Shown piece after piece: positions 26,401 to 39,500 of a DNA stretch of 64,000 nt. The DNA comes from Phoronis australis (lineage: Eukaryota; Animalia; Phoronida). Below the pieces are notes generated by a model that worked only from the letters and a program-made list of their open reading frames with translations, ran no database searches and was not told the origin of the DNA. Numbering within the stretch: the first letter of the stretch is position 1; each line of letters starts with the position of its first letter. Made by a program: the position numbers and the translations under genes. The stretch lies in assembly GCA_002633005.1 (NCBI GenBank), contig NMRA01000414.1:124001-188000 (forward strand). The letters are read 5' to 3'.

Positions 26401-27834
26401 AAGCTGTGAAAACTGGGTACAAATCAATGGGTTGGATGCGCGTAAACACCAACACGACAAATAGTTTGTGGTTTGAAGCCGTGAGAACGGCTGCAAATGT
26501 AAAACAATGGTGATGTTTGCCAGTTATAAGGAGTCTTGTTGAGAAAGTCGTTATCTCCTGACCACTATAGTTACACCTGCAAATTGCAGATAGCAAAAAT
26601 CAGGGTTCTCATGCTAAACAATGTGGCCAAAACTGTGTGTTACTCTTGCAACATAAAAGACAGGAACTTTAAATCATGTGACAAAACAGTCATGACAAAT
26701 AAATGCCAATCAGAATTTGCAAGAAAAGAAGACCTGCAGGTACTGTACGTAGCAAGTATAACTTGTTGATCCATTATCGGGGCCCAGGATGACCAAATTG
26801 GTCTTGACAAATCAATTCCAAAAATTGAAAAAACCCAATGCGATAAATTTGAAACTTGAAGATTGCCACTGATTGGCCAATTATTGGGTACCAGTAGAGC
26901 CTCAAGTTATCTCTGTTGATCTCCAGCCCAGATTTCTCTCTTTAGAGGGGCTCCGATTAAATAATAACTGGAACGGACATTCAGTAGATATCGCACAGAA
27001 TATTTTGAAATCCCATTTAGATCAACACTTTACATGGCTGATTTTGTGTACAAACACATAATGTTATTAATCTAAACAGACCAACGCCGCACGTTACATA
27101 TGTAAAGTATTTACAACACAGGGGAATAGGGAGAAAAGCCCACCTTTGAACACTAAGGCTTGTTAATTAACGCCATAAATCTGCTGTCAATTACACATAT
27201 AGTCAAATCTTTAGTCTGGAAATAAGAGTGATTATTAGGCTAATTGAAGGGTACTGACTTCCCCACAGAACTATCAGTTGCCACATGTCCAGCACAGAAA
27301 CTAAATCCCAATGGAACACCACCTACAAATCTTAATACACCTCTGTAACCAGACGTGATCGATTTGGGACCCACTTTTTACGGAACAAGCGAATGAAAAA
27401 CGTGCATTGCTAAAGTACACTTGTTAGCCAGTTTAAAAAAAAAACAAGAAGAAAGGCTCCAAAACCTACTGCCCGGTTTCGAGCTTGGTATATTTTCCTA
27501 ATTTTAAGACAAGACAATATATTGGTCTGTAAAGAGTATTTAAAAAATAATCACCAATTGTTTTTGTCTAGCCATCCAAGAGATATTAACCGGGCACTTT
27601 TGAGAATGGAGATTCGGGTAAAGCAAAACTTGAATTAAGATCTCAACATTCTTGGAGATACACATAATCGATATGAAACAGCCACAGGAAACAGGAACTT
27701 CTTTAATTGAATTTTGAAATTGCATAAAGCAGGAAAAGGAGTGGTTCTCTCACTTTAATATTAGTACGAAGGAATCTCCATCACAGCACATACTGCCATA
27801 GTGCATGCATTGGTTCTTGAGGTAATGCAAGTTG

Positions 27835-28245
27835 TACCCTATCATCTCAGATGCACCATATCAGTTATCCATCTAAATACAAACTGATGTCAAGGGAGGG
27901 GTCACCTCAAATGTGCCAAGTAAGTAAGCCATTGATACAGGAGCTAAAGCCTAGACATAATGATCGTTTCCATAGCGAATTCTCAGCTCTAGTACTGTAC
28001 TGTCTCATACTTGTGGATTAGTACAGTTGTGCCATGCCATTTGATCAACTGAACATAAACTGATATCAATGAAGCTGAATGGATCATTTCCGTCATGAAA
28101 GTTACTATCTTAACACATTCTGATGTCAAGGGAATTATAGATCATCTCAACTGCACCAGGTATGTGTGTCATAGGTCATCTTAAATGCGCCATATAAGTT
28201 ACCCATGGAAATACAAACTGGTGTCAATAGGCAGGGATCATCCAG
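27835..28245. repeat. Decayed ~60-bp minisatellite
   Basis: Recurring tcatct(c/t)a.atgc.cca...agtta.ccat..aaatacaaactg.tgtcaa units near 27840, 28105-28160 and 28175. Confidence 0.55.
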
Positions 28246-29129
28246 TTTGTGTATAATTCTGCCAAACACGTCATTCTTGTTTGAGCAGCATGCCTGCACA
28301 AGATGATTTCTGAACAGAGAAAACAACGTTACAATCTCACTGAGCAGAGGTTGGAAATGAAAGATAACGCTGACAAATATGACATGGTGACAATTTGCCA
28401 AATTATGTCAAAGTACGATCTAAATAGTTGTTTTTTTGGTCCAGTTCAAAATGACCACTCTTGCCAGGCCACTGACACTAGTATAACTCCCAGAGGACCA
28501 CAAGTTAGCCAGACACTGTGACAAGTTGTCATCATAAAACAAATAATGCACTGTACTGCTCCCTCATCAATCAACTGTTGACACCAGCAGACTCCCAGGG
28601 GCACTGGTACCATGGAACATTGGAGGTGAATTCTGAACTATAAGTTTCATCCAGCATTTCAAAACTAAGGCTGTTCAAATCATAAGTAGATGACAAGATT
28701 TTAGCACATTTTGGTTATCGTTTGGACGTGACATGCCTTCTCAGTATATAAGTGCTTCTGAAAAGGAAAAGTTGCAACAAGCGGAATGACCAAATTAGAA
28801 CACATTTTCAAGACTACGGTAAGGTGGTAAGGAATTTTGTGAGTGAAGACAAGTCAGGCGAATATCTTTGAAGAAGAAAATATACTGAGTTATGACTTTG
28901 TTTTGGTATCTTATTGATTAAGTATCTATATCTGTAAACAGATAAATATACCTATATATACTAATAAGGTCAGTTATGAATATTCATTCTACTAACTTTG
29001 CAACACATTGTATTTTTATGAATGTTCATTCCACTATCTTTGCAACACCTTAGTTCCAGATATCTAAGAACAACCCATCAATTACAATTCTCAACAGTGT
29101 CAATCGAGAAAATTCTGTTTTAAACTGAA

Positions 29130-29500
29130 CTTTCTTAGGATGCATAGGATGACGAAGTATAGATATATTTCTATCAATGACCTTGAAAATGAGGTCAAGG
29201 TTACTAAATGTGATTGGCGCCTAGAGAGGCCCCATCTACACCTAGGTGCAAAATATGAACATAATGAAAAGCTTCCTACCTGAGATATTTTACCAACCCA
29301 TATTCATTTCAAGAATTCAAGGTCACACAACCCAAGAACAGACTAATTAATTATGTAATACTACAACAGAAACATTTACAAATAATTCTTTATCCATTGA
29401 TCTCTTGCAAAAATATAACAGGTAAAACTTTAACACCTTTGACAGAATTTTTCATTTCACTAACAAATTTGCTGACGCTGGGACTGCACCAATACGTTTT
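29130..29500. mobile_element. Relic resembling Helentron-associated (HINE/pearl-like) non-autonomous elements of marine invertebrates
   Basis: Palindromic motif tgaccttgaaaatgaggtcaagg at 29178-29200, followed by a ...caaaatatgaa...cctgagatatt unit. Boundaries approximate. Confidence 0.5.
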
Positions 29501-30579
29501 CTATATAAATATATTCTTGAAATCATAACATGCTGTGCAGAAAAGTACGAAACAATACTCATCTTCAACAAAAAAGGCAAACACCGTCAGAATAAGCAAT
29601 AGAATTATGCCTGCAAGTTTTGACTGCTACATGGTGATTTGTACACCAAAAGTGTGTCAAAGATTAAATGAATTTATGAAGCAATCCTAACAATAAATAA
29701 AACTTGAATCCAAATTCTATTTCAAGCTGAGAATTTTTTTTTCAACTTCGCTATCCCATTACCCAGCAGACAAGAGTCCAGAACTCAGTAACACCCTGAT
29801 TAGGCCAGACCTCAAAACTATACTTATGTACAAGTCTTATAACCGCAGACGTCAAATTTTATTAACATCTTCCATTGCAATCCAAGGCAGACTATCTTTT
29901 ACCGAAGTTTCGTTAAAGGAGAATGCCGCCCAAAAAACAACCTATTTTGTATCAATTTAGAGGGAGTAGTTCCACTCGATAACAGCAAGTTCAGTTGTTT
30001 TACCTGACACCTAAAAGAAGACGGAGGTGTTGAAATTAACCAATGACGTAATCCGTTCGAATGCAATCTGTTCTGCCATTCACAACACGCTTACTGGTGT
30101 GAACTTATCGCTTGAATTCATCGTTTTACACCAACAAATCTTCAAAATTCGATGTAAATCCCTTACAAATACACCGAGTTCTTGAACAAAGGTGTTGTTT
30201 TATTTCACCGTTACGGATTTATAGGTGTTTGAATGTATTGTAGCCTACAGAGTTCGGTAGGCCAATTTACCATGGTCGATCGCGGGAGTTTGGGTCTGTT
30301 TGGTGATAAATTCGAATCATTCTTCGGTGAAATACAGACGGAAGAACATAGCTATAAGCTGTACTTTTAGACTTGCGATTTTTTAAGTTCTAAACACACA
30401 AAACGCTCGTTACTCCCCGCTTTGCGCAGTGGCACGGAACCCAATCAGGCCCGTCGCGGACGCCAGGACTGGACAGTCACGAACATAAACCAGCTTAAGT
30501 TGGAAACAAAACTATGACAACATTCTCCTGTTCAGTGACTTTACCAGACGTAGAGGGTTGTGAGCATGTCATAACAGTC

Positions 30580-30800
30580 CATAAAAATGCTATGTCACAA
30601 CATCGTCGTCCTAGTTGCGGGGACACTTATGATTCGGCTATTTTTAGCCACCTGTGCACCCTGGACACGATTTCAATACTGATGATGTCACTATATTAGA
30701 CTGTGAGGAAGACTGGTTCAGAAGGGGTGTAAAGGAAGCTCTCCATGAGCACACTGAGAGCCCCTCTTTAAATAAAAGAGGAGGATTCGATTTGTCACAC
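30580..30800 (+). mobile_element. Penelope-like retroelement fragment (GIY-YIG endonuclease C-terminal part), frameshifted
   Basis: MSQHRRPS..DSAIFSHL then, in another frame, GHDFNTDDVTILDCEEDWFRRGVKEA......PSLNKRGG, typical of the Penelope endonuclease end. Confidence 0.85.
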
Positions 30801-30929
30801 GTATGTCTGACGTCCATGTCACACCGTCTTCAATGCCTCGCCGTCTGTTCAAAATGCCACCAATTGGCCAGAATAACGGTAACGCCACAAGCCAAGCTGA
30901 AGTCCGTGAGATGCAACGGAACGTATGGA

Positions 30930-31154
30930 TAGTTCTTTGATAAGCCGGAATTCGTCAGAGAAATCACTGTCGACGAAATGCCGGCCACAGACACAGAGAT
31001 GTTTCACGGCCTCATAGTTGCTATTAACAGCGTACTTTTGATTCTTCACTAACGCGCGCCACTTCCTAAGCATTTTGGGCTCTCGAGGAAGTCGAAAAAA
31101 CGATATACCAGATTTTTTCGCAGTTTCATTGTAGTTTGGACAAGCGGGAACGTA
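30930..31154 (-). pseudogene. THAP zinc-finger domain remnant of a transposase
   Basis: YVPAC...ISFFRLPREP....KW...VCGRHF fits the THAP C2CH signature. The first Cys is lost and no DDE domain follows. Confidence 0.85.
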
Positions 31155-31289
31155 TAAGAGGAGTGTGGATATAGACCGATTAAGACGGTAAAAAAGACTA
31201 ATTAAATCGGGTGGCATTCTCTTTTAAGTGGGAAAGGTTAATTCCAGAAGTTAATCAATAAGCAAAACTTCGCTGAACATAGTAGGCTT

Positions 31290-31749
31290 ATACCGCTTAA
31301 TTCACAGAATATTGCCAACTAATAGTTATTTACATAAAATTAAAATAAAAACAAGTGATTTATGCTCTTTCTGTGGTGAACACAGTGAAAGTTTTCTCCA
31401 TCTGTTTTGGGAATGTCGTTTTGTCTCCGGTTTCGGGCTCCTGTTTGCTGATTGGTTAAAACAAACATATTGTGTAAATTTTCATGTGGACAAGATAGCA
31501 GTGTTTTTTGGTTTTTTGGGAAACATTCAGTCGGAAAATTGTAATATTAATTTGTTGATCATGCTAGTAAAAATTACATATTTAGTCAAAAGTTTGTTAA
31601 AGAAATCTTAATATCGAATTGTTCATTAACTTTATTAAATTACATCCTGAAGGAAATACGGTACTTGTTGAGTAATGATTTAATGTTATTTAAACGATGT
31701 ATAGTATATTGTTTTATGTGACTTATAGTTATCATGCTAGAGCAAAATA
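31290..31749 (+). mobile_element. 5'-truncated L1/Tx1-clade LINE (zf-RVT C-terminus plus 3'UTR) with 14-bp TSD
   Basis: YRLIHRILPTN..L.KI.....CSFCGEHSESFLHLFWEC; ends in aataaa. TSD aacatagtaggctt at 31276-31289 and 31750-31763. Confidence 0.9.
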
Positions 31750-33572
31750 AACATAGTAGGCTTCAAAGCCGAAGCTGCTTCGGTACTCACCAAAGCGCAA
31801 GTTATCGGTAGAGGCCGCGGCAACGATATACGATCGTGCCAGACTTGCAAACCATGTTCTTTTTTATTGTTGCTAACTAAGGTGTATATACCCCAATTAA
31901 ATCATTCCAAAATTCTATTTTTTAGAGAACCTGAGCTGTCCTCCATTGTGCAACATAATTTTTGTCTTTTTCAGACCTACACTCATTCCCCAACCCTCAC
32001 AGTAGTAAAAAAGACAACTTAATATCATTTTGTAGTTTTATGGGAATTTCAGGAAAAAGTTACATATATCACCTTCATACAGAATTGATTTCATGTCTTA
32101 AAAAATATACCTTCTATCACATTGTTATTTTTAATACGCACAATGAAAAGATGTAATCATACAATCCTACCTTGCCTCAAAGATACAATCAAAATACCTT
32201 CCAACTCATCCAGCCGGGTTCTTCATATGCAGCCTTAATTTTCTATAGAGACTTAATAATTTATAGGACGTTGCCAACATTTTTTAGTCTTTCCCATAAT
32301 AAATTAGGAATAACTTTATCGAAAGCCTTTGAAAAAAATGTAGTCACGGTTAAAAACGACCACTCATTTACTTATTATTTTCGCTTAATGCATAAAATTC
32401 AGTAATTGATCCTGGGGGCAGTGACCTTTCCTAATCCGGATCTGCAGGCGTACAAGCCCAGTTGCTAAAACCAGCCATTCAGTATATTCAAGCCAAGTCC
32501 CTCGTTCACCAGAGGGTAAAGTTGCCTCTGCCTTCTGAAAGGAATTTTTTCATGTGAGGGGAAAATCACTCCTTAACGACTCTGCCTAAGTACAGTCACT
32601 TGGTTTTTATACACCTGCTTCATACTAGCACATGGCGGACAATAACAGTCACGTCCTGAATTCAACTCTCCTCTTTTGTGGAGGAGATATTGGAAAACAC
32701 ATCGCATGATTGACCTAGTTTTAAAATGGTTTGCAGGTATCATCCAACCAAAATGGGGCATATGCCATTTTCATCTTTGAATATGAATAATTTTCAGGCT
32801 TTAATTACAGAATACCGTATGCAATAGTTGTTTTCAACCAAAAAAATCTGTCTGAATGGCGAAATTAATAGACCAGACTATAAAGCAAAAGTATCCACAA
32901 AACAACACAGATACTTCTACATAGTTAAGAACAAAACAAACAGGGTGGAAACTGATAATTTCCAATGGACAATATCACCACTTGAGAAACAGTTAAAGCC
33001 TTTCAAGGGGCAACAATTAAGAGAACTTATAAAAAGATAACAATAAAATGTTGTGTTTCCTGTGAGAAAAATTAGATAATATCCTGGGCACAGTTCCGCC
33101 ACACCTCTTGAGATTTGTACATGAAAATAGGACAAACATCTCAATAGATTAATTAAATGTCAAAGGTTACCATGGTAATCTTCTAAAGGAAAGTTTGCGG
33201 TCATTTCAAACAAAGAATATTCCTCTGCTTGTCTGTAGAGTAACTGAACCCGGGTAACAACAGTGAATGAAACGATTCAATGGATGAAACTACAAAAACA
33301 ATTGAACATCAGACTAGAATAGGGCACAATACAGCGTCACGCACAGCACACAGAATGATAATATGGACAACATAACAACGATGTCCTGAGAACACCCCAT
33401 GTTTAGATAAACATCAGAACAACTTGCGAACACTTCGCGTTTTGTGACATCTTAGCCAGGACGCGATGCATCACCAGGACACGAGGTTGTGAGAAATGGA
33501 TTTTTTGAGAATGATGCAAAAGTGATCCAACTAAAACCAACTGTGTTACTATTCATACTCAGAAAAAGATTA

Positions 33573-33850
33573 TGTGGAACCCTAGAAAAAATCTAAATTT
33601 GTCTACCTTTGAAACATCATACCTTAGAATTGTTGACTAGATTCGTATGAGAATTGCTGACTAGATTCGTATGAAACTTTCACACTTTTCAACAAAGGAA
33701 CTTTTAAAATGTTGCATTTTTGCAATAGGGGATATCAAAAATAAGACTTTTATGATTTTTCTGGAAAGAGGTTGCATATAACGAAAATAAATTAAAATGA
33801 TAAAACTGCAACAGTTCTTTTGAGGTTTCATCTTGAACACTTACAACAAA
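33573..33850 (+). repeat. Dispersed repeat family A, partial copy with internal 24-bp tandem duplication
   Basis: tgtggaaccc...gattcgtatgaaactttca is shared with the 18979 copy. agaattg(t/c)tgactagattcgtatg occurs twice. Right boundary approximate. Confidence 0.6.
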
Positions 33851-36242
33851 TGAAATTTGTTTATTTTATATACACTGTTGTTTTGCTCCAAGAGTGAGCA
33901 TTTTTAATAAATTTCACTGAAAAGACATGGTCAAATGACCCAATTAATGGAGGATTGTAATAAAGTTGAAAATAGAATTTTACAGCTTTTCTACTTTTAG
34001 AAAATAAATACTTTCACTAGGTTAAGATCCATAATTTTGTAGACAACTGCTAAATGCTCAGAACTGTCAATATGGTCCAACACAGCATTAGATAATTATA
34101 ATACACCTGACACTTTTCCATTTCTTTGAAGTCTGTTCAATTTCAGAATCAAAAAGGATCAATAGATTTCACAAAAAGCCGATGTGCATTTTTCCTGAAA
34201 ATCTGCAGGTACCCATATTTGGGCAGCGCAAACCAAACATCTCACTTACATAAAACATATAGACCATTGATTTTCAACGAGAGCCTGAACATGGAGACAG
34301 CATTAATTTGCAGTCAGACAATTAAACGCAAAGGCTAGAAGTTCAGGCTAGACAATAAACATAAGAAACTTTCACAGTAGTGTCAATGATTGAGCTGAGA
34401 TAAACGAACTACAATAACACAGTTTTGTCAGTTTGAAGTACGGTAAAAAATCTTCAACTTGGAACAAAAATAATTGCAAAAATTGTCATATTTCCATTTT
34501 TCAGAGGCTAAGGCTACCACATTTTGCAAATGCAAGATATTTTACCAAATAGTGTTTGGTAATAGCGACGAGACACAAACCATGCTAAAAGGAACAGTGT
34601 CTTCAAAGTAAATTTTACGGAAAACTTGAAACGATCACACTTCAAGTACCCACACAAAGACAGCCAATGGCGTGTAACACGCTCAGCCATTCACTGGTCA
34701 GAAGTGTCACTGATGACCAGCAGCCCAAGAGATAATAATTCATGGGTAGTATTTTCCTAGTGTCACATCAAAGGCATAACAAATCAAACTTCACATGCTT
34801 TGAGATGCAGCTTTCACAATAGACAGGGTGTTGCATAAGATTTAGTTACAAAGATGGTATTGCTGCCAAATGAAGTGCATCCTTGGATAAGATATTGAAA
34901 GAAAAAATATAAGATAAAGGTCACCGGCCAAGAACCCCTATTAATATTGGTTTATTCAACAACAGTAGTGGCCCTGAAGTCACAATAGAACAAACAGTGC
35001 TTTGAACATTAAAGTGGAATGCACACCACCTGGTTTTAGAATACGTAAACATCTTACAGCAAGTCCAGTCTTTTTTGTGATTGACTGAAAAAAAAAAAAT
35101 TATTTCAGTTCTGAAACAAAAACTTTTCTTTATAACAAATGCTTCCACAACCTATGAAATAGGTGACCATTTTAATAATGTACCTGTTTGTTTATTTATT
35201 AACAGAATTACTGTAGCCTCAATTTTTCATCCTATAATAAAATTGCAATTTCGTTTAACTCACTCCATCGAGTTCTTCCAATAAGAAATATTTTGCATTC
35301 AATTCTTCAGTGTAGTGAGCACAAAAGGGTTTTACTCGACCCAAATTCTAATTATGGCGTGCAACTTTTCATTTCGAGACAACGAACATTTTTAATCGAA
35401 ATGCAACTTGACCGCAAATAATTTATGAAACACACTGTAAAAAACTCTCTGCAATAAAATCATACAAGAACGCATCGCGCTCCGGGGACAAGGTGTAATT
35501 CATGTCATCTTGCTGTATTGGAAACAGGCTATTGAATATTTCATAGGGTTTAGGGCTCAGATAAATGCATATGTTCCGCGACACACCTGTGTCCAGGGTG
35601 GACCTGAAGAACAGTAGTATGGCATGTCATAAATTGCAGACGCTTGTACACCCCACCAGTCTTCTTGTAAGAAATAAAGAAATACTATATAATCTCAACA
35701 ATTCAGGCAAAAAACAATTACCAAAGTTAATCTACTGTATTTGCCAACAGTTGTGAAAGCCAACTGTTTATCAAGATATTGTCTGATGGCAGATAACGGT
35801 TTGTTATAGAATTTTATTGATAAAGCGTTTACTTAATGTTGCTTATACTTTATAGAAAAAAGAAATTTCACTTTTCAACTTAACAGCGTCATATATTACC
35901 GAGACTTTACCACATCACAATTACAGGTCATGGACCAGCAAAACAGATATGTTGTACAACTTGCAAGTGCAAGACACTACGGTACTCTCCTCAGTCGCCA
36001 ACAGGGAAGTCAAGTCGGTTTCTTCTCCTCCTATTCTGAACAACAACACGGGCAAGACACAACACCAAGGTATGACGTCTGACCACACTTGGACTTTGAG
36101 TGACGGCTTAACTGACTAATCAGAACCCAGTATTCTTGACACATCTTTGTTTCCAAGCCACTATTTTACACGTTGCCGGGTAAAACAAATTGTTTGTCGA
36201 CATTTCACAAGGGGACAGAGATTGCGATAGTTCAATTCCGCT

Positions 36243-36732
36243 CAGGCCTTTATGCAGCGGACGTCCTGGGCGTCCAAACGGACACCCTAGCACTAATCTG
36301 GACGCCCTGGCAAGGACGCCCAATGTATCATTTGGACGCCCACTGTCAATAGTAACCTCTCAAGTTTGGACTCGCACATTGTAATGAATACTAGGAAGCC
36401 TCTGAAGGCTCACAGTGGGGGCTCTTTTTTCAAAGCAGGAAGAAATATACAATGTATATACATAGTATATGCATTGTTGTTATTTTGACACTTGGTTGAC
36501 AGCATTGTAAGTCTTGGTCTACAGTTTTTTTTTAGTAAAAATGCTCACCATAGAAGGCTGTTTTATAAACTTAGATGTAAAAACCTTGATCTATGCATTT
36601 TTTGTAAAAACATCTGTGTGTTTGGGGGTATTGCTCGGGGTGGGGGGGTTACGCATCGGAATCATGGACGCCCTGGAATATTGGGAACCCCATTTTGGAC
36701 ACCCTATTTTCAAAATCCTGGATAAAGGCCCG
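36243..36732. mobile_element. hAT-superfamily MITE, 490 bp
   Basis: TIRs caggcctttatgcag / ctggataaaggcccg, perfect 8-bp TSD attccgct (36235-36242, 36733-36740), and subterminal ggacgcc repeats. Confidence 0.9.
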
Positions 36733-38438
36733 ATTCCGCTCACCATGGACATACTATAATCTCTGGTTCATTTCTGTACGCAATCATTTTACAAAACTTA
36801 ATTAACATGCAAGAACAAATGCAAATAAAAATATACCGACATCCCATCATGCACCTTTCACAGCATGACGTTGACCTCCTCTCGGTGCAAAAATTGTAAC
36901 TCGGTGTCGTTGAACTTGTTAATAAGCTGCCATACTTTTTGTGGGCAATTATTTTCCGGCAATATAATACTCCAACAAATTTGTGGACATTAGGTACACC
37001 GACACTGTATCTCTCAAAAAATGGCATGTTTAGCTAGCAGCGTACAAAAACAATTGACTACAGTTGAACGGTTGCAAACTGTGCAAAGTAATACGAAACA
37101 AAAACTTGCATTACTGTAAAGAAATTTGACAAGAACACACCTCTCTACTACAGTGTGAGCTGACTAGAAACATAAACAAAAGAAACAATGACCTAAAAAT
37201 TTCCCTTGGTCAGTAGAAGTCATAAAACAACATTTGGTACGTTTTTCCATTACGGACTTGTAATAAGGTGATCAGACTTTGAAAAGTGGGAAAGGTAGAT
37301 TTTTCCCGGAAACAAGTGGAGAATTACTGTCATATCACTATAAGACACTATGTTGGAGTGATAAGTATTGCAAAAATACACTTAAATGCAACAAAACTTT
37401 GTGTTATTTACAAAGTCCGATGAGGAGTCTTCCTGTTATGACTGGATACATTCCGGTGTGATGGAGAACCCTGGGAAGTCCATTTAGGGGATATCCTGTT
37501 TCCCATAACTGTCACAGATAGTCAGTTGAGGGCACAACTTAAAAGAAATATCCACCTCAGCTCTGTTTTGACAACATGAAAAGCAGGATCCTATGTCTCT
37601 AAATGAGCTCGGGATTACACAATGAACTAGTCATAACAAACCAGACAGTGAAGAATGATTGATGGAGAAAGTTATAGGTGAAATGGTAATCAAATAATTG
37701 GCACCCACAGAAAGTTCACATAACAGAGGGCAAGCAGTTGAACAAAGAATCCAAAAGGAAAAGTCTACAAAAGTCATGACCATCGGTTCCTTTGGCTACA
37801 ACAACTGAGAAAGAATTTTTGAAAAGTGGTGGAAATTACATTGCCAATGAGACACGATGCAACACTAACTGCGAAACCACAATGAACGTATCAAGCGATC
37901 AGTTTCAAAATAGTAAACTGCGCATAAAAATTAAGAGGCCACTACCATAATGGCCCGAGTTACACAATACACTCTAAGTGAACCCAAATGAGTACTCCAT
38001 AGTACACTACAGGCCAATGGATCAGAGAGGCCAAGTGTGAAATTCAATCAAGACATGGGCCATGATCAAACAACAGAATGGGACATTTGATAGCAGCCAG
38101 CCATGATCAGAGGCAGGGAGTGTTATGTAAGGGGAGAGGGCTCTAATGATGCAAGCAGAGATTGTTAACTGAAACTGGAAAGGGGAAAAGGTGCAACACA
38201 GCACGCCAGGCAAATGAGTTAATTACAAAAATATGAAAAATGCCCACCAGTGGAAATTCCACCGTTTTGGGTTTCGGGTTGTGGTACTGACAAAAAGACA
38301 TTCACAAAACGGCGCTACATCTCGGCTGCGTGTTTAGTGCAATTGCGTGTAATTGCTCAGCCTTGCAAGGGTAGAAGGAAATAAGTTGAAAATATGGCGA
38401 AGATTTATTGCCTTGCAGTTGCTTAAACCTGGAACTCA

Positions 38439-38522
38439 ATATGGGCTTAGTCATAGAGTCGCTCCAACTGACAAGGCTATAATATGGGCCCAGTCATAGA
38501 GTTGCTCCAACTGACAAAGCTA
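38439..38522. repeat. Tandem duplication, 2 x ~43 bp
   Basis: aatatgggc..agtcatagagt.gctccaactgacaa.gcta occurs twice. Confidence 0.85.
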
Positions 38523-39500
38523 TTTTGATTACACAGTAGAAGACAGACATAGTACTTCAAGAAAAAAAATTATCTCCTAAAAACATTTGGGGTTTGCATG
38601 ATAAGAAGCCTTAAAAAGTAAATGAACCATGCAGTAAGTGTTGATTGTGGATTATAGGAGACAACTAAGGCCACTGGGAGATCTTTTAATAATGCAAACC
38701 CAGCCGAGGACAGCTAGAAGACATATTAAGATGAAAAATAAACATATACAAAAAACTGCTGACACAAGTGGGTATGTTTATATATGCTAAAGCCTCATGA
38801 TTGACTTTTCTTTATCAAAATAAACAGATTACTAGAGCAAGTGAGGATAAGAGAGCCGTAGGTCATCTACAAGTGGTTTTCGGTAATGCCAGGTGACCTG
38901 ATTAGCTGAAAAAACATTGAAATGCATTGGCTGTACTGAGAAAAGACTGCATGTTCAAAACAAGGACCCACTTCAAGAGGAAATGTATTTGGTTCACGCA
39001 TAACTGTGCAGGGTATTTAGTCCATCCATGTTCACGCATGTCTTTAAGAATTGTGTTCAGTTAAGATTTCTAGTTTAGTATGCAATTTCAAACAGTCACT
39101 GTTCAGCGAATTACTTGAAAATACCCTGAACAGTCAAACCTACACCACGCCTGTTATTGTGTTCCAAAAAACCTAAACCATTAGAGAGAATTATTGAACC
39201 ATGTCAAAACATGAAAATTGGCTACAAAAATGAAATAGACTTAGTACTAAGTGGCATTAAATCTGATACTTTCTGCCAATAAGTTTTAATCTAGATGAGT
39301 TACCATTGTAAAAATGGTCTTGTTTTTATCTGTTCGAAAGCAATTTTTGCGCTGCACTTGCAAAGAACTAATAGTTTGTTACTTCTTCAGATCAAGTTGA
39401 CCTGAAAACATAAGCTTAGTCTGAAGAAAGTACGAGTTGTCAGTTTTTACCAAGCGCGAAACCACATCCATTTTGACTGAGGAACAATTTAAGAACAGTT

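Larger units (their letters stand above)
29913..31227 (-). mobile_element. Kolobok-like DNA transposon, internally deleted
   Basis: TTAA at both ends. Termini ttaaaggagaatgccgccc and gggtggcattctcttttaa are inverted repeats (2 mismatches) with purine starts. Contains a THAP remnant. Confidence 0.8.
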
